Source: Pseudomonadota bacterium (GTDB taxonomy: Bacteria > Pseudomonadota > Gammaproteobacteria > Pseudomonadales > JADFDG01). From it: a DNA stretch of 64,000 nt. Shown in pieces: positions 48,019 to 59,647 of this stretch (position 1 is the first letter of the stretch; every line of letters begins with the position of its first letter). The notes under the pieces are model-generated. The model saw only the letters and a program-made list of their open reading frames with translations, was not told the DNA's origin and searched no databases. Both the position numbers and the translations under genes were made by a program. The stretch is taken from the NCBI GenBank assembly GCA_049323295.1, contig JBMOON010000040.1, positions 252,251 through 316,250 of the forward strand. The letters run 5' to 3'.

Positions 48019-48105
48019 AAGCGTCCATTTACGGACAACGCCGGCTGCTGCAGTGATGCGCGGCAGTACGGTTCATGAAAACGTGCATCGACGGAGAGAA
48101 ACACC

Positions 48106-48375
48106 ATGGCACTTACTGCCGAAGCGAAAGCGAAAGTCGTCAAGGAATACGCCCGCAAGGAAGGCGATACCGGTTCGCCGGAAGTCCAGGTCGCGCTGCT
48201 GTCCGCGCAGATCGACCAGCTGCAGGGTCACTTCAAGGACCACTCGAAAGACCACCACTCGCGTCGCGGCCTGATCCGCATGGTCAACCAGCGCCGCAAG
48301 CTGCTCGACTACCTGGCGCGTGTCGACGAGAAATCCTACCAGCAACTCATCCAGAAGCTCGGCCTGCGCCGTTGA
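48106..48375 (+). CDS. rpsO: 30S ribosomal protein S15
   Basis: [32 protein letters not shown]. Confidence 0.98.
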   Translation: MALTAEAKAKVVKEYARKEGDTGSPEVQVALLSAQIDQLQGHFKDHSKDHHSRRGLIRMVNQRRKLLDYLARVDEKSYQQLIQKLGLRR

Positions 48376-48395
48376 GGACAAGCCGGAACTGAAAC

Positions 48396-48446
48396 GGGGC
48401 GCGAAGACTGCCGCGAAAGCGTGCAAGTCCCGCGCCCTTTTTCTTT
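48396..48446 (+). terminator. rpsO-pnp intergenic stem-loop/terminator
   Basis: GGGCGCG...CGCGCCC stem followed by TTTTTCTTT. Confidence 0.55.
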
Positions 48447-48505
48447 CCGCGCCGTTCTCCGTCGCCGCCGGCACGATTCCCCCAAGAGAGAAAAGAGAGC
48501 AAGCA

Positions 48506-50596
48506 ATGTTCAACAAAGTCCGCAAGGAGTTTCAGTACGGCTCGCAGAAAGTCGTACTCGAAACCGGTTACATCGCACGCCAGGCTACCGGCGCGGTGAT
48601 GACGACCATCGGCGACACCACGGTGCTGGTCACCGTCGTTGCCAGGAAAGAAGCGAAGCCGGGTCAGGATTTCTTCCCGCTGACCGTCGATTACCAGGAG
48701 CGTACCTACGCAGCCGGCCGCATCCCCGGCGGCTTCTTCAAGCGTGAGGGTCGCCCGACCGAGAAGGAAACGCTGACCAGCCGCCTGATCGATCGCCCGA
48801 TCCGCCCGCTGTTCCCGGAAGGTTTCAAGAACGAAGTCCAGGTCATCGCCACGGTGATGTCCGCCGACAAGGATCAGGATCCGGACATCGCCGCCATGAT
48901 CGGCGCGTCTGCCGCGCTGGCCCTGTCCGGCGTGCCGTTCCTCGGTCCGATCGGTGCGGCCCGCGTCGGTTACCGCAACGGTGAATACATCCTCAACCCG
49001 TCCTACGCCCAGCTGAAGGAGTCCGACCTCGATCTCGTCGTTGCCGGCACCCATGAAGCCGTGCTGATGGTCGAGTCGGAAGCGAAGGAGCTGAGCGAAG
49101 ACGAAATGCTCGGCGCCGTGCTGTTCGGCCATGCCGAAATGCAGGTGGCGATCAAGGCCATCAACGAGCTGGTCGCGCAGGCCGGCAAGGCCAAGTGGGA
49201 CTGGAAAGCGCCGGAAGCCAACACCGCGCTGATCTCGCAGGTCGAATCGGCCTACGCCGGTCCGGTGTCCGAGGCCTACCAGATCACCGACAAGCAGAAG
49301 CGTTACGAGCGTCTGGGCGAGCTGCGCCAGCAGGCCGTTGCGCAGTTCTCCGGTGAGGCCGAAGGCCAGCCGAAGGCGGAAGACATCAAGGAAATCTTCG
49401 GCAACCTCGAGTACACGATGGTCCGCCGCAACATCCTGGACACCAAGCCGCGCATCGACGGTCGCGACAACAAGACCGTCCGCCGCATCCACATCGATGT
49501 CGGTGCGCTGCCGAAGACGCACGGTTCGGCCGTGTTCACCCGCGGCGAGACGCAGGCCATCGTGGTCGCCACGCTGGGTTCCATGCGCGACGCGCAGTTG
49601 ATCGAGGGTCTGGAAGGCTCGCGCAACGACCGCTTCATGCTGCACTACAACTTCCCGCCGTTCTCGGTGGGCGAGACCGGCCGCGTCGGTTCGCCGAAGC
49701 GTCGCGAGATCGGCCATGGCCGTCTGGCGCGCCGCGGCGTGCAGGCCATGTTGCCGCAGGAAGACAACTTCCCGTACGCGATCCGCGTCGTTTCCGAGAT
49801 CACCGAATCGAACGGTTCCTCGTCGATGGCGTCGATCTGCGGCTCTTCGCTGGCGCTGATGGATGCCGGCGTACCGCTGAAGGCTCCGGTGGCCGGCATC
49901 GCCATGGGTCTGGTCAAGGAAGGTTCGCGCTTTGCCGTGCTGTCCGACATCCTCGGCGACGAAGACCACCTCGGCGACATGGACTTCAAGGTGGCCGGTA
50001 CCACCAAGGGCGTCACCGCCCTGCAGATGGATATCAAGATCACCGGCATCACCGAAGAGATCATGGAAGTCGCGCTCAACCAGGCGCGCGACGGCCGCAT
50101 CCATATCCTCAACGAGATGAACAAGGTGCTGGCCCAGCCGCGTGCGCAGCTGTCGCAGCATGCACCGACGTTCGTCACCATCAAGATCAACCCGGACAAG
50201 ATCCGCGACGTCATCGGCAAGGGCGGCGCCACCATCCGCGCCATCTGCGACGAGACCAAGGCGACGATCGACATCAACGACGACGGTACCGTCCGCATTT
50301 ACGGCGAGACCAAGGAATCGGCCGATGCCGCGATCAAGCGCGTCGAGCAGGTTACTGCGGAAGCCGAAATCGGCGCGATCTACGAGGGCAAGGTGGCGAA
50401 GATCGTCGACTTCGGCGCCTTCATCACCATCCTGCCGGGCGTCGACGGCCTGCTGCACATTTCGCAGATTTCCGACGAGCGCGTGAATGCGGTCACGGAT
50501 TTCCTGACGGAAGGCCAGGCGGTCAAGGTCAAGGTGCTGGACGTGGACAACCGCGGCCGCATCAAGCTGAGCATGAAGGAAGCGAAGAGCGCGTAA
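48506..50596 (+). CDS. pnp: Polyribonucleotide nucleotidyltransferase
   Basis: [38 protein letters not shown] and S1 domains. Confidence 0.99.
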   Translation: MFNKVRKEFQYGSQKVVLETGYIARQATGAVMTTIGDTTVLVTVVARKEAKPGQDFFPLTVDYQERTYAAGRIPGGFFKREGRPTEKETLTSRLIDRPIRPLFPEGFKNEVQVIATVMSADKDQDPDIAAMIGASAALALSGVPFLGPIGAARVGYRNGEYILNPSYAQLKESDLDLVVAGTHEAVLMVESEAKELSEDEMLGAVLFGHAEMQVAIKAINELVAQAGKAKWDWKAPEANTALISQVESAYAGPVSEAYQITDKQKRYERLGELRQQAVAQFSGEAEGQPKAEDIKEIFGNLEYTMVRRNILDTKPRIDGRDNKTVRRIHIDVGALPKTHGSAVFTRGETQAIVVATLGSMRDAQLIEGLEGSRNDRFMLHYNFPPFSVGETGRVGSPKRREIGHGRLARRGVQAMLPQEDNFPYAIRVVSEITESNGSSSMASICGSSLALMDAGVPLKAPVAGIAMGLVKEGSRFAVLSDILGDEDHLGDMDFKVAGTTKGVTALQMDIKITGITEEIMEVALNQARDGRIHILNEMNKVLAQPRAQLSQHAPTFVTIKINPDKIRDVIGKGGATIRAICDETKATIDINDDGTVRIYGETKESADAAIKRVEQVTAEAEIGAIYEGKVAKIVDFGAFITILPGVDGLLHISQISDERVNAVTDFLTEGQAVKVKVLDVDNRGRIKLSMKEAKSA

Positions 50597-50616
50597 GCGA
50601 CGTTCGTTTCCTGTGC

Positions 50617-50648
50617 ATGAAAAAGGGGCCGCGAGGCCCCTTTTTCAT
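50617..50648. terminator. Bidirectional terminator
   Basis: ATGAAAAAGGGGCC-GCGA-GGCCCCTTTTTCAT. Confidence 0.9.
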
Positions 50649-50663
50649 TCGGGTCGGCGCTGC

Positions 50664-51368
50664 TCAGCGCTGCAGCTGGATCGTGCCGTTGACGTTGACC
50701 ACGATGTCGGTGCTGCCGCCGGCGACTTCCTGCGGCGCCACGGCATCGGCCGCGTACATTTCCTTCGCACGCATGCTGTAGACCGGCATCGGCGGCTGGA
50801 CGCTGCCGGTGCCGATGTTCAGGTTCACCGGACGCCAGCCGGCGGCCCCCAGCGATTTGGCGACGATGTCGGCGCGCGTGCGGAAGGCCTTCAGCGCGCT
50901 GTCGATCAGCCGGTTGTTGGTGTTGTCCGCGGTGTCCGGCGACAGCACGAAATTCATGCCGGCCAGCTGCATGCTGCCCTGCATTTTCGCAATGGCCCGC
51001 GAGGCGGCATCGAAGTCCTTGCTCTCGACCCGCAGTTCGGCTCGCGTACGCCAGCCGGTGAGCTTGTTCTTCGCATCGTAGACCGGCCAGGTCGACTGCT
51101 GTCCGCTTTCGATCTTCACGCCCGGGAAATCGTGCACCAGCCGGACGCCGGCATTGATGATCCTGTTGATCTCGGCAGCCAGTTTCGTGGCGTCGTTCAT
51201 CGTCATTTCGACGAACAGGTTGGCCACCAGCAGGTCGTTCGGCACTTCATTGCGTGCCTCGGCCTGCAGGCTGACCAGATCGTAGTCGAGTCCGCGCTCG
51301 TCGGCGCGTGCGCTGCCGATGCCGGTCGCGAGAGCCAGGACGAGCAGGCAGGTTATGGGTGCTTTCAT
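50664..51368 (-). CDS. Periplasmic SIMPL (DUF541) domain protein
   Basis: Signal peptide, VSLQAEA..EV.ND, PVY...WR.RAELRVES.DF, AL.AF..RA, AG.....V.V.GTIQL. Confidence 0.82.
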   Translation of the reverse strand: MKAPITCLLVLALATGIGSARADERGLDYDLVSLQAEARNEVPNDLLVANLFVEMTMNDATKLAAEINRIINAGVRLVHDFPGVKIESGQQSTWPVYDAKNKLTGWRTRAELRVESKDFDAASRAIAKMQGSMQLAGMNFVLSPDTADNTNNRLIDSALKAFRTRADIVAKSLGAAGWRPVNLNIGTGSVQPPMPVYSMRAKEMYAADAVAPQEVAGGSTDIVVNVNGTIQLQR

Positions 51369-51394
51369 GGGGAGCTTCCTCGGTATGTGATGCG

Positions 51395-53332
51395 TTATTT
51401 GTTCAGCCGGTTGTCGATAAGTTCCTGCACCACCGACGGATCGGCGAGTGTCGAGGTGTCGCCCAGGTTTTCCAGCTCGTTGGCCGCGATCTTGCGCAGG
51501 ATGCGACGCATGATCTTCCCGGAGCGGGTTTTCGGCAGGCCCGGAGCGAACTGGATCATGTCGGGGCGGGCGATGGCGCCGATTTCCTTCGCCACGAAGG
51601 CGGCCAGCTCCTTGCGCAGCTCTTCGCTGACCGGTTCTCCCTTCATGAGCGTCACATAGCAGTAGATGCCCTGGCCCTTGATGTTGTGCGGGTAGCCGAC
51701 CACCGCTGCTTCGGCGACTTTCGGATGGAGTACCAGCGCGCTTTCAACTTCCGCCGTGCCGAGCCGGTGGCCGGAAACGTTCAGTACGTCGTCGACGCGG
51801 CCGGTGATCCACCAGTAGCCGTCCGCGTCGCGGCGGGCCCCGTCGCCGGTGAAGTACTTGCCCTTGTAGGCCGAGAAATAGGTATCGACGCAGCGCTGGT
51901 GGTCGCCGAATACGGTGCGGATCTGCGACGGCCAGCTGGTCGTGATCACCAGGTTGCCGCTGGCGGCGCCGTCCAGCGTTTTGCCGTCGGCATCGACCAG
52001 TTCCGGCTTCACGCCGAAGAACGGCAGCGTTGCCGAGCCGGGCTTGAGCGTGAAGGCACCCGGCAGCGGCGAGATCATGATGGCGCCGGTTTCCGTCTGC
52101 CACCAGGTGTCGACGATGGGGCAGCGCCCGTCGCCAACCACGCGGTGGTACCACTCCCAGGCTTCCGGATTGATGGGCTCGCCGACTGAACCGAGCAGGC
52201 GCAGGGAGCTGCGCTTCGCTTTTCTGACCGGAGCATCACCCAGTGCCATCAGGGCCCGCAGCGCCGTCGGTGCGGTATAGAAAATGTTGACCTGGTGTTT
52301 GTCGATCACGTGCCAGAAGCGCGAGGCATCCGGGTAGGTCGGAATGCCCTCGAACATCAGCGTGATCGCGCCGTTGGCCAGGGGTCCGTAGACGATGTAG
52401 GAGTGCCCGGTGACCCAGCCGACGTCGGCCGTGCACCAGTAAATGTCGCCATCGTGGTAATCGAAGACGTACTTGTGGGTCATTGCCGCCTGCAACAGGT
52501 AGCCGGCAGTGGTATGCAGCACGCCTTTCGGTTTTCCGGTGGACCCCGATGTGTAAAGGATGAACAGCGGGTCTTCCGCTGCCATGCGCTCCGGTTCGCA
52601 GGCCGGCGCGGCGTTGGCCGTTTCTTCGTGGTACCAGCGGTCGCGTTCCGGGAACCAGGCAATGTTGCCTCCGGTGCGCTTCAGCACGATCACGGTATGC
52701 ACATCCGGACACTGGTCGAGTGCCTGGTCGGTGTTGGCCTTGAGCGGGATTTTCTTCCCGCCGCGTACGCCTTCGTCGGCGGTGATGACGACGCGGCAGT
52801 CCGAATCCAGGATACGGTCCTTGAGCGATTCCGGCGAAAAGCCGCCAAACACCACCGAATGGACGGCACCGATGCGCGTGCAGGCCAGCATGGCGACTGC
52901 CGCTTCCGGCACCATCGGCATGTAGATGCAGACGCGGTCGCCCTTTTTCACGCCGCGCGTTTTCAATGCGTTGGCAAGCCGGCAGACCTGCTCGTGCAGC
53001 TGACGGTAGGTGATCTTCGAGTCGTCGCCCGGTTCGTCGCCCTCGCGGATGATGGCGACCTGATCGCCGCGATGGTCGAGGTGGCGATCGAGGCAGTTCC
53101 AGCTGACGTTGAGTTCGGCACCCTCGAACCAGCGCACGTCGACCTCGTTGAAGTCGGCGCTGACCACCTTGTTCCAGGGTTTGAAGAAGGTGATGAAGTC
53201 GTTGGCGCGGTCGCCCCAGAACTTTTCCGGGTGCGCGATCGATTCGCGGTACCAGGCGTCGTACTTCTCGCGGCTGATCAGGGCCCGGCGGGCGAAGTCG
53301 GCAGGGACGGGGTAGAGGTGGTTTTCGCTCAT
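51395..53332 (-). CDS. acs: Acetyl-CoA synthetase
   Basis: [34 protein letters not shown]. Confidence 0.98.
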   Translation of the reverse strand: MSENHLYPVPADFARRALISREKYDAWYRESIAHPEKFWGDRANDFITFFKPWNKVVSADFNEVDVRWFEGAELNVSWNCLDRHLDHRGDQVAIIREGDEPGDDSKITYRQLHEQVCRLANALKTRGVKKGDRVCIYMPMVPEAAVAMLACTRIGAVHSVVFGGFSPESLKDRILDSDCRVVITADEGVRGGKKIPLKANTDQALDQCPDVHTVIVLKRTGGNIAWFPERDRWYHEETANAAPACEPERMAAEDPLFILYTSGSTGKPKGVLHTTAGYLLQAAMTHKYVFDYHDGDIYWCTADVGWVTGHSYIVYGPLANGAITLMFEGIPTYPDASRFWHVIDKHQVNIFYTAPTALRALMALGDAPVRKAKRSSLRLLGSVGEPINPEAWEWYHRVVGDGRCPIVDTWWQTETGAIMISPLPGAFTLKPGSATLPFFGVKPELVDADGKTLDGAASGNLVITTSWPSQIRTVFGDHQRCVDTYFSAYKGKYFTGDGARRDADGYWWITGRVDDVLNVSGHRLGTAEVESALVLHPKVAEAAVVGYPHNIKGQGIYCYVTLMKGEPVSEELRKELAAFVAKEIGAIARPDMIQFAPGLPKTRSGKIMRRILRKIAANELENLGDTSTLADPSVVQELIDNRLNK

Positions 53333-53432
53333 CGTGGGCGCCTCGCTGTGTGCAGGCGTCTACTTTCCCCGAAGGCTCCTGCAGCGACAAGGCGCCGGAT
53401 GTAACTGCCGTTCACTTTGTGCCGTGCGGCAC

Positions 53433-53464
53433 AAACAAAAACGCCCGCACGGGGCGGGCGTTTT
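53433..53464 (-). terminator. Terminator after panD
   Basis: AAAACGCCCGC-ACGGG-GCGGGCGTTTT with a minus-strand U tract. Confidence 0.75.
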
Positions 53465-53479
53465 CAGGCCGGTGCCGGA

Positions 53480-53860
53480 TCAGGCAACCTGGACCGGAAT
53501 CGCATTGGTGGTGTGGGAGACGGCATTGCCCTCGCCCAGATACACCATGCGCGGCTTGAAGTTGATCATCTCGGCTGCCGTGTACTGCGCGTAGGCGCAG
53601 ATGATCACGATGTCGCCTTCCTTCGCCTTGTGGGCGGCGGCGCCGTTGACCGAGATCATGCGCGAGCCGTGCTCGGCACGGATGGCGTAGGTGGTGAACC
53701 GTTCGCCGTTGGTCACGTTGTAGATCTGGATCTGTTCGTATTCGTGGATGCCGGCCAGGTCCAGCAGATCGCCATCAATGGCACAGGAGCCCTCGTAATC
53801 CAGTTCCGAGTGCGTGACGCGGGCGCGGTGCAATTTGGCTTTCAGCATGATGGACTGCAT
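53480..53860 (-). CDS. panD: Aspartate 1-decarboxylase
   Basis: [16 protein letters not shown] (G|S cleavage), [13 protein letters not shown]. Confidence 0.97.
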   Translation of the reverse strand: MQSIMLKAKLHRARVTHSELDYEGSCAIDGDLLDLAGIHEYEQIQIYNVTNGERFTTYAIRAEHGSRMISVNGAAAHKAKEGDIVIICAYAQYTAAEMINFKPRMVYLGEGNAVSHTTNAIPVQVA

Positions 53861-53993
53861 GGTTTCCTCCACCTCGAGGCCGGGTTGCCCTCGACTTGCC
53901 GGTCGATCAGGCCGCCGGATACTAGCCCGGACGGTCCGGATCGGGCGGCCACTTTGCCAGACAAGATCATGGGCAGCAACGGCCCCCGGGTCA

Positions 53994-54848
53994 TCAGGAT
54001 TTTCCGAGGAAAAACGAGACGTTATCGATCAGCCGGGTGTTACCAAGTTTTGCGGCGGCGGCGATCACCAGGTAATCGTCCAGGGGCCTGGCCGGGGTCA
54101 GGTCGTGGCCGTTGCGGATTTCGATGTAATCGATCACTAACCCGGCAGCCTCGATATTCCGGGCCGCTTCGGCGGCGACAGCCGGGTAGTCCCGGCGGCC
54201 GGCCAGCACGGCCTCCCGGGCGGCAACCAGACTGCGGTAGATGACGGCTGCCGTCTCCTTCTGTGCCGCTGTCAGGTAGCCGTTGCGGGAACTCATGGCC
54301 AGCCCCGACGGCTCGCGGACGGTGGGGACCCCGATGATCCGGACCGGGAAGCAAAGGTCGGCCGCCATCCGGCGGATGATGGCCAGTTGCTGGAAGTCCT
54401 TCTCGCCGAACAGGGCAATGTCGGCCGGGACGATGTGGAACAGCTTGCTGACCACCGTCGACACGCCGTCGAAGTGCCCGGGGCGCGATTTGCCGCACAG
54501 CGCCTCGCCCAGCCCCGGGACATGCACCACGGTCTGGGTTTTCCCGTTCGGGTACATCTCGTCGACCGACGGCGCGAACAGGGCATCGCAGCCGGCCGCG
54601 GCGAGCTTGTCGCTGTCTTCCCTGAGCGTGCGCGGATACTTGTCGAAATCCTCGTTCGGCCCGAACTGGGTCGGATTCACGAACACGCTGGCCACGACGC
54701 GCTGCGCGACCTTGCGGCCTTCACGCACCAGCGTGATGTGGCCTGCGTGCAGGTTGCCCATGGTGGGGACAAAGGCAACGGTATCGCCGGCCTTTTGCCA
54801 GGCGCGTACCTGTGCGCGGACCTCGGAGATCGTGTTCAGCGTTTGCAT
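53994..54848 (-). CDS. panC: Pantoate--beta-alanine ligase
   Basis: [39 protein letters not shown]. Confidence 0.98.
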   Translation of the reverse strand: MQTLNTISEVRAQVRAWQKAGDTVAFVPTMGNLHAGHITLVREGRKVAQRVVASVFVNPTQFGPNEDFDKYPRTLREDSDKLAAAGCDALFAPSVDEMYPNGKTQTVVHVPGLGEALCGKSRPGHFDGVSTVVSKLFHIVPADIALFGEKDFQQLAIIRRMAADLCFPVRIIGVPTVREPSGLAMSSRNGYLTAAQKETAAVIYRSLVAAREAVLAGRRDYPAVAAEAARNIEAAGLVIDYIEIRNGHDLTPARPLDDYLVIAAAAKLGNTRLIDNVSFFLGKS

Positions 54849-54891
54849 CGGCAGCAATCCGGCAGGAAGCGGAAACGGGACGGCGGCGCGT

Positions 54892-55728
54892 TCAGAAACA
54901 GTGTTCGTCGGCCGGGAAGGAGCCGTTCTTTACCGCATCGGCATAGGCGCGTACGGCGCCCTCGATGCCGTCATTGCGGCCGGCCAGGAAATTCTTCACG
55001 AAGCGCGCCGGCTTGCCGGGCGACACGCCGAGGATATCGTGCAGTACCAGAACCTGTCCGTCGCATTCCGGCGCGGCACCGATGCCGATCACCGGCACTT
55101 TCACCGCCGCCATGATGCGTTTGGCCAGCGGCCGCGGAATGCATTCGAACAGCAGCACGTCGGCGCCGGCCGCGACCAGGGCCTTGGCGTCGGCGATGAT
55201 GTTCTCCGCCTGCGCGTCGTCACGTCCCTGCACCTTGTAGCCGCCGTAGGCGTTCACCGACTGCGGCGTCAGGCCCAGGTGTGCACACACCGGAATGCCG
55301 CAGCGCTTGAGCGCCGCGACGGTCGGCACCAGCCAGCCGCCACCCTCGATCTTCACCATGTGTGCGCCGGCCGCCATCAGCCGGCCGCTCCAGTCCAGCG
55401 CACGCTCGACGGTGGCGGTTCCCATGAACGGCAGGTCGGCCATGATCAGCGAGTGCGGCCGGCCGCGCTTGACGCAGGCGGTGTGGTAACACATGTCGTC
55501 GATGGACACCGGCAGCGTGCTGTCGTGTCCCTGCAGCACCATGCCCAGCGAATCGCCGACCAGCAGCACGTCGATGCCGCAGCGCGAGAGCAGCGCCGCG
55601 AAGCTGGCGTCGTAGGCGGTCAGTACGGAAAACTTTTCGCCACCCGCCTTCAGTTTCGCGAGCGTGGCGACGGTAACCGGTTTGCGCGTGCCGTCGGCCG
55701 GCGCGGCGGGCGAGGAGTGACTGGACAT
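54892..55728 (-). CDS. panB: 3-methyl-2-oxobutanoate hydroxymethyltransferase
   Basis: [35 protein letters not shown]. Confidence 0.98.
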   Translation of the reverse strand: MSSHSSPAAPADGTRKPVTVATLAKLKAGGEKFSVLTAYDASFAALLSRCGIDVLLVGDSLGMVLQGHDSTLPVSIDDMCYHTACVKRGRPHSLIMADLPFMGTATVERALDWSGRLMAAGAHMVKIEGGGWLVPTVAALKRCGIPVCAHLGLTPQSVNAYGGYKVQGRDDAQAENIIADAKALVAAGADVLLFECIPRPLAKRIMAAVKVPVIGIGAAPECDGQVLVLHDILGVSPGKPARFVKNFLAGRNDGIEGAVRAYADAVKNGSFPADEHCF

Positions 55729-55774
55729 GGTTCCTCCGCGGATATCGTCCGGTGGGCCCGGGGTCCCGAGTGTA

Positions 55775-56269
55775 TCAGGTGAGCCGGCCGGCGGCGGTGA
55801 GCGCCGCCGCCGGACACTGTCGCAGCAGTTCCGTCACCGTACTGCCGTCCGGCAACCGCAGATCCGGTGCGATGTCGGCCAGCGGCTGCAGGACAAAACG
55901 TCGCTGGCGCAGTCCGGGATGCGGCACGGTCAGTTGCGGCAGCGCGATGGTTTCGTCGCCGTACAGCAGGATGTCGATATCGATCGTGCGGGCGCCCCAG
56001 CGTTCGGTGCGCACGCGCCCCTGTGCCGTCTCGATGGCTTGTACGGCGGCGAGCAAGGCCGTCGGGGCCAGTGCGGTCTCGACGGCGACCACGGCATTGC
56101 AGTAGTCCGGTTGCGGCGTCTGGTCCGGCAGCAGCAGGGCCGGATTGCGGTAGACCGGCGAGCGCGCTGTTACCCGGGTGGACGGCAGGCGTTCGAGGGC
56201 CGCCACGGCCCGCTGCAGTTGCGCGAGCGGTTCGTCGCGGTTGCTGCCGAGGGCGAGGAAGGCGCGCAT
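55775..56269 (-). CDS. folK: 2-amino-4-hydroxy-6-hydroxymethyldihydropteridine diphosphokinase
   Basis: [32 protein letters not shown]...RRFVL.PL. Confidence 0.95.
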   Translation of the reverse strand: MRAFLALGSNRDEPLAQLQRAVAALERLPSTRVTARSPVYRNPALLLPDQTPQPDYCNAVVAVETALAPTALLAAVQAIETAQGRVRTERWGARTIDIDILLYGDETIALPQLTVPHPGLRQRRFVLQPLADIAPDLRLPDGSTVTELLRQCPAAALTAAGRLT

Positions 56270-56279
56270 CGCCGTGCGG

Positions 56280-57782
56280 TCAGCGCCGCCGCCGGCGACG
56301 ACGACGGCCGTTGCCTTCGCCTGGCGTACGTCGCGCTTCGGCCTCGCGTGCCATGACGTGACGGGTATCGTCGTCGGCCTGCTGGTATTCGTGCCACCAG
56401 TCGCCGAGCTTTTCCGCGAACGCATCGGCCGGCTCGCCGGCCAGCGGGCCGGCCGCCTCGCGCAACAGCAGGAAATCGTAGGCGGCGCGGAAGCGCGGAT
56501 TGGCCAGCATCGCCTCGGCGCGCCGGCCGCCGCGCCGGGGCAGCCGCAACTGCATCTCCCAGATTTCGCGCGCCGGTGTCGAGAAGCGGCGCGGGATCGC
56601 CAGGATGCGACATTGTTCGTCCAGCACCTGCTGGCCGGCTTGCGCCATGGCCGGAATGTCCGCCACGCCTTCCGTCAGCAACCGGTTGTAGCGCCGACAG
56701 ACTTCCGGCCACAGCAGGGCGGCAAACAGGAAGGCCGGGGTCACCGATTTTCCGTCGGCGATACGACGATCGGAATTGTCCAGTGCCGCCAGCAGGAACC
56801 GGCGCGCATTGGCGTTGCGGCGTGCGGTATCGGCGACATCCGGGAACAGGATTTCATCGAGCCCGAAGCGCTCCAGCCACTCCCAGCTGGCGCGACCGTA
56901 ACCGGCGAGCAGCAGCTTGAGCGACTCGTCGAACAGCCGTGCCGGCGGAATGTGCTGCAGCAACGGTTTCAGGGTGGCGATCGGCGCCGCGGTGGCGTCG
57001 TCGACCGTGAAGTGCAGCTTGGCGGCAAACCGGGCGGCCCGCAGCATGCGCACGGGATCTTCGCGATAGCGTGTTTCCGGATCGCCGATCAGGCGCAGCT
57101 TTTTCTTTTCCAGGTCGCGCATGCCGCCGACATAGTCGTGGATCGAGAAATCGACGACGTTGTAGTAGAGCGCATTGACGGTGAAGTCGCGCCGGATGGC
57201 GTCCTGTTCGACGTTGCCCCAGACATTGTCGCGCAGGATCATGCCGGTCGAGCCGTGCACGGCGCCTGGCGTGTCACGGGCGCTGCGTTCGTTGCGGATG
57301 CGGTCGCGGCGCTCGCGCCGGCCGACCGGGCGTTCGTCGTCGGCAGGCGTTTCGTCGGGCGCCTGCCCGTCATGCATGTCGTCGTGGTCGTCGTCGCCCG
57401 GATCCTCGGTTTCATGGCCGGCGCGGAACGTGGCGACTTCCACCACGTCGCGTCCGAACAGGACATGCGCCAGACGGAAGCGACGGCCGACGATCCGGCA
57501 GTTGTTGAAGACCTTTCGCACCTGCTCCGGCGTGGCATCGGTGGCGACGTCGAAATCCTTGGGATGGCCGCCCAGCAGCAGGTCGCGGACGCCGCCGCCG
57601 ACCAGATAGGCCTCGTAACCGGCATCCTTGAGCCGGTAGAGCACCTTCAGCGCATGCGGACTGATGTCCTTGCGGGAGACGTGGTGGGCGTCGCGCGGAA
57701 TGACGCGCAACTCGGGTTTCGGCGCCGCCGCGGCCTTCGGACGGAAGACGCGACGCATGAAGCCGACCAGGCGTTTTGGCAT
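56280..57782 (-). CDS. pcnB: Poly(A) polymerase I
   Basis: LVGGGVRD...PKDFDVAT, IVGRRFRLAHV, RRDFTVNAL, EDPVRMLR, FRAAYDFL, R-rich tail. Confidence 0.97.
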   Translation of the reverse strand: MPKRLVGFMRRVFRPKAAAAPKPELRVIPRDAHHVSRKDISPHALKVLYRLKDAGYEAYLVGGGVRDLLLGGHPKDFDVATDATPEQVRKVFNNCRIVGRRFRLAHVLFGRDVVEVATFRAGHETEDPGDDDHDDMHDGQAPDETPADDERPVGRRERRDRIRNERSARDTPGAVHGSTGMILRDNVWGNVEQDAIRRDFTVNALYYNVVDFSIHDYVGGMRDLEKKKLRLIGDPETRYREDPVRMLRAARFAAKLHFTVDDATAAPIATLKPLLQHIPPARLFDESLKLLLAGYGRASWEWLERFGLDEILFPDVADTARRNANARRFLLAALDNSDRRIADGKSVTPAFLFAALLWPEVCRRYNRLLTEGVADIPAMAQAGQQVLDEQCRILAIPRRFSTPAREIWEMQLRLPRRGGRRAEAMLANPRFRAAYDFLLLREAAGPLAGEPADAFAEKLGDWWHEYQQADDDTRHVMAREAEARRTPGEGNGRRRRRRRR

Positions 57783-57870
57783 GTACTGGACTGTCGAGGG
57801 GAGGGGCGAACGGGCGGCAAGTCTACCAGCGCCCCCGGTCCGGCGGTCATCGGGCGTTTCCGCAGGCCGG

Positions 57871-58113
57871 AAACAGAAACGGCGGACCGGTTGCCCGGTC
57901 CGCCGTTCTGGTCTTCTTGTTTTTATGTAGCCGGGAACAGGGTTCCCTGGTCAGGGTGGGGCGGCTGTTGTTGTTGTCTGCCGCCCTCGGGATAAAAAGA
58001 ACCGAGGGATCGCTCCGTCGGTTCGTGCACTGCATTGGCTTCTGGTTGTTGTTGTTCTTCTGCGTGTTGTTGTTTTTGGTGCAGAAGCCAGAGCTGTTGT
58101 TGTTATTGTTGCC
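57871..58113 (-). ncRNA. crcZ: CrcZ-like Hfq/Crc-sequestering sRNA (~240 nt)
   Basis: Lies between cbrB and pcnB; sigma54 promoter; five CA-rich (AANAANAA-type) tracts; ends in a GC hairpin at 57878-57907. Confidence 0.8.
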
Positions 58114-58123
58114 CCCGAGATAA

Positions 58124-58139
58124 AGCAGAATGCGTGCCA
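58124..58139 (-). promoter_or_regulatory. sigma54 (-24/-12) promoter of the CrcZ-like RNA
   Basis: Minus strand TGGCACG-CATT-CTGCT. Confidence 0.85.
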
Positions 58140-58223
58140 ACTCCGGGAGTCTTCTGAGATTCCTTGTAAAACAATGGGTTATGGCAGCCGGCCTGCCCGG
58201 GGTCGTGGAAAGTACGTACCGTG

Positions 58224-58273
58224 TGTTACGGGAATGCCGCTGGCAGGTTACCGGCCCGTTTCCATTGGTAACA
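58224..58273. promoter_or_regulatory. Putative CbrB enhancer subsites
   Basis: TGTTAC (58224-29), GGTTAC (58246-51) and GTAACA (58268-73) upstream of the sigma54 promoter; IHF-like AAACAATGGGTTA at 58168-58180 in between. Confidence 0.6.
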
Positions 58274-58294
58274 CTGTGCCGCCGACGGCAGGGG

Positions 58295-59647
58295 TCAGCC
58301 CTTGCGGCGGGGTATGCCCAGCCGCTGCCGTCGCTCCCACAGGCTCTTGCGGCTGATCCCCAGCTTCTGGGCCAGCTCGGTTTCGCTCATGGCGTCCTGG
58401 TGTTCCAGCACGAAGCGGGCGAAATAGTCCTCGAGCGACAGGTCGATCGGCGGATCGCCATGCTCGCTCGCCCCGGTCGCCGGCCGGTCCTCGATGGCCG
58501 GTTCGATGCCCAGATGCTCCGGCAGGATGCCGCCGTCGTCGCACAGGATGGCGGCGCGCTCGATGGCATTTTCGAGTTCGCGTACGTTGCCGGGCCAGCC
58601 GTAGCTGCGGATGGCGCGCAGCGCTTCCGGCGCGTATGACAGCGGTCCGCGGTTCAGCTTGCTGCAGGCCCGCTCCAGCAGTTTGCCGGCCAGTTCGGTC
58701 ACGTCGTCGCCGCGCTCGCGCAGTGGCGGCAGTTTGAGTTCGAAGACGTTCAGCCGGTAGAAAAGGTCTTCGCGGAAACGTCCGGTCGATACCAGCGCCT
58801 TCAGGTCGCGGTGCGTTGCCGCACAGACCCGGACGTCGACCTTGCGCGATTCGGTCGAGCCGACGCGGCGGACTTCCTTCTCCTGCAGCAGACGCAGCAG
58901 CCGCGCCTGCGCTTCGAGCGGCAATTCTCCGATCTCGTCGAGGAACAGCGTGCCGCCGTCGGCCGCTTCGACCAGACCCTTGCGCATGGCATTGGCGCCG
59001 GTGAATGCGCCTTTCTCGTGGCCGAACAGCTCGCTCTCGATCAGTGTGTCCGGAATCGCCGCGCAGTTGACGGAAATCAGCGGGCCGGATTTTCGCGGGC
59101 TTTGTTCGTGGAGGGCGCGGGCGACAAGTTCCTTGCCGGTGCCGGACTCGCCGAGGATGAGTACCGTGGTATCGGTCGGCGACACGCGGCCGATGCGCTT
59201 GAACAGCTCCTGCATCGGCGGGCAACTGCCGATCATGCCGGTGGTGGGATAGTTGCGCTGCAGGTCGTGCTTCAGGGCCTGTGCCTGGCGCTCCAGTGCG
59301 CTTTCCTTGAGGATGCGTTTCACCGCCAGCAACATTTCGTCGTGATCGAACGGCTTGGCGATGTAGTCGACAGCACCGAGCTTCATCGCTTCCACCGCGC
59401 TCTTCAGGCTCGCGTAGCTGGTCATGATCAATACCGGAACGGGTGCGGCCAGCTTGATCATGGTGGTGCCGGGCTCGCCCGGCAGCCGCAGGTCGCTGAT
59501 CACCAGATCGAAATCGCCGGTATCGAAGCGCTCCTGTGCTTCCTGCACCGAGCCGGCCTCGGCCACGCTGTAGCCGTTGCGTTCCAGCAGCTTGCGCAGC
59601 GACGAACGGATGACGTTCTCGTCCTCGACGATCAGGATGTGGCTCAT
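58295..59647 (-). CDS. cbrB: sigma54-dependent response regulator CbrB
   Basis: [10 protein letters not shown] receiver domain, [63 protein letters not shown] tail typical of CbrB. Confidence 0.92.
   Translation of the reverse strand: MSHILIVEDENVIRSSLRKLLERNGYSVAEAGSVQEAQERFDTGDFDLVISDLRLPGEPGTTMIKLAAPVPVLIMTSYASLKSAVEAMKLGAVDYIAKPFDHDEMLLAVKRILKESALERQAQALKHDLQRNYPTTGMIGSCPPMQELFKRIGRVSPTDTTVLILGESGTGKELVARALHEQSPRKSGPLISVNCAAIPDTLIESELFGHEKGAFTGANAMRKGLVEAADGGTLFLDEIGELPLEAQARLLRLLQEKEVRRVGSTESRKVDVRVCAATHRDLKALVSTGRFREDLFYRLNVFELKLPPLRERGDDVTELAGKLLERACSKLNRGPLSYAPEALRAIRSYGWPGNVRELENAIERAAILCDDGGILPEHLGIEPAIEDRPATGASEHGDPPIDLSLEDYFARFVLEHQDAMSETELAQKLGISRKSLWERRQRLGIPRRKG

Noticed and set aside
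53861-53993. Possible cis-regulatory RNA upstream of panD
   Set aside because: Only short GC-rich stems; cannot be matched to a known motif without a covariance-model search
57847-58140. Asn-rich 97-aa ORF (and Leu-rich opposite-strand ORF)
   Set aside because: Translation by-product of the AAC repeats in the CrcZ-like RNA; starts upstream of the sigma54 +1
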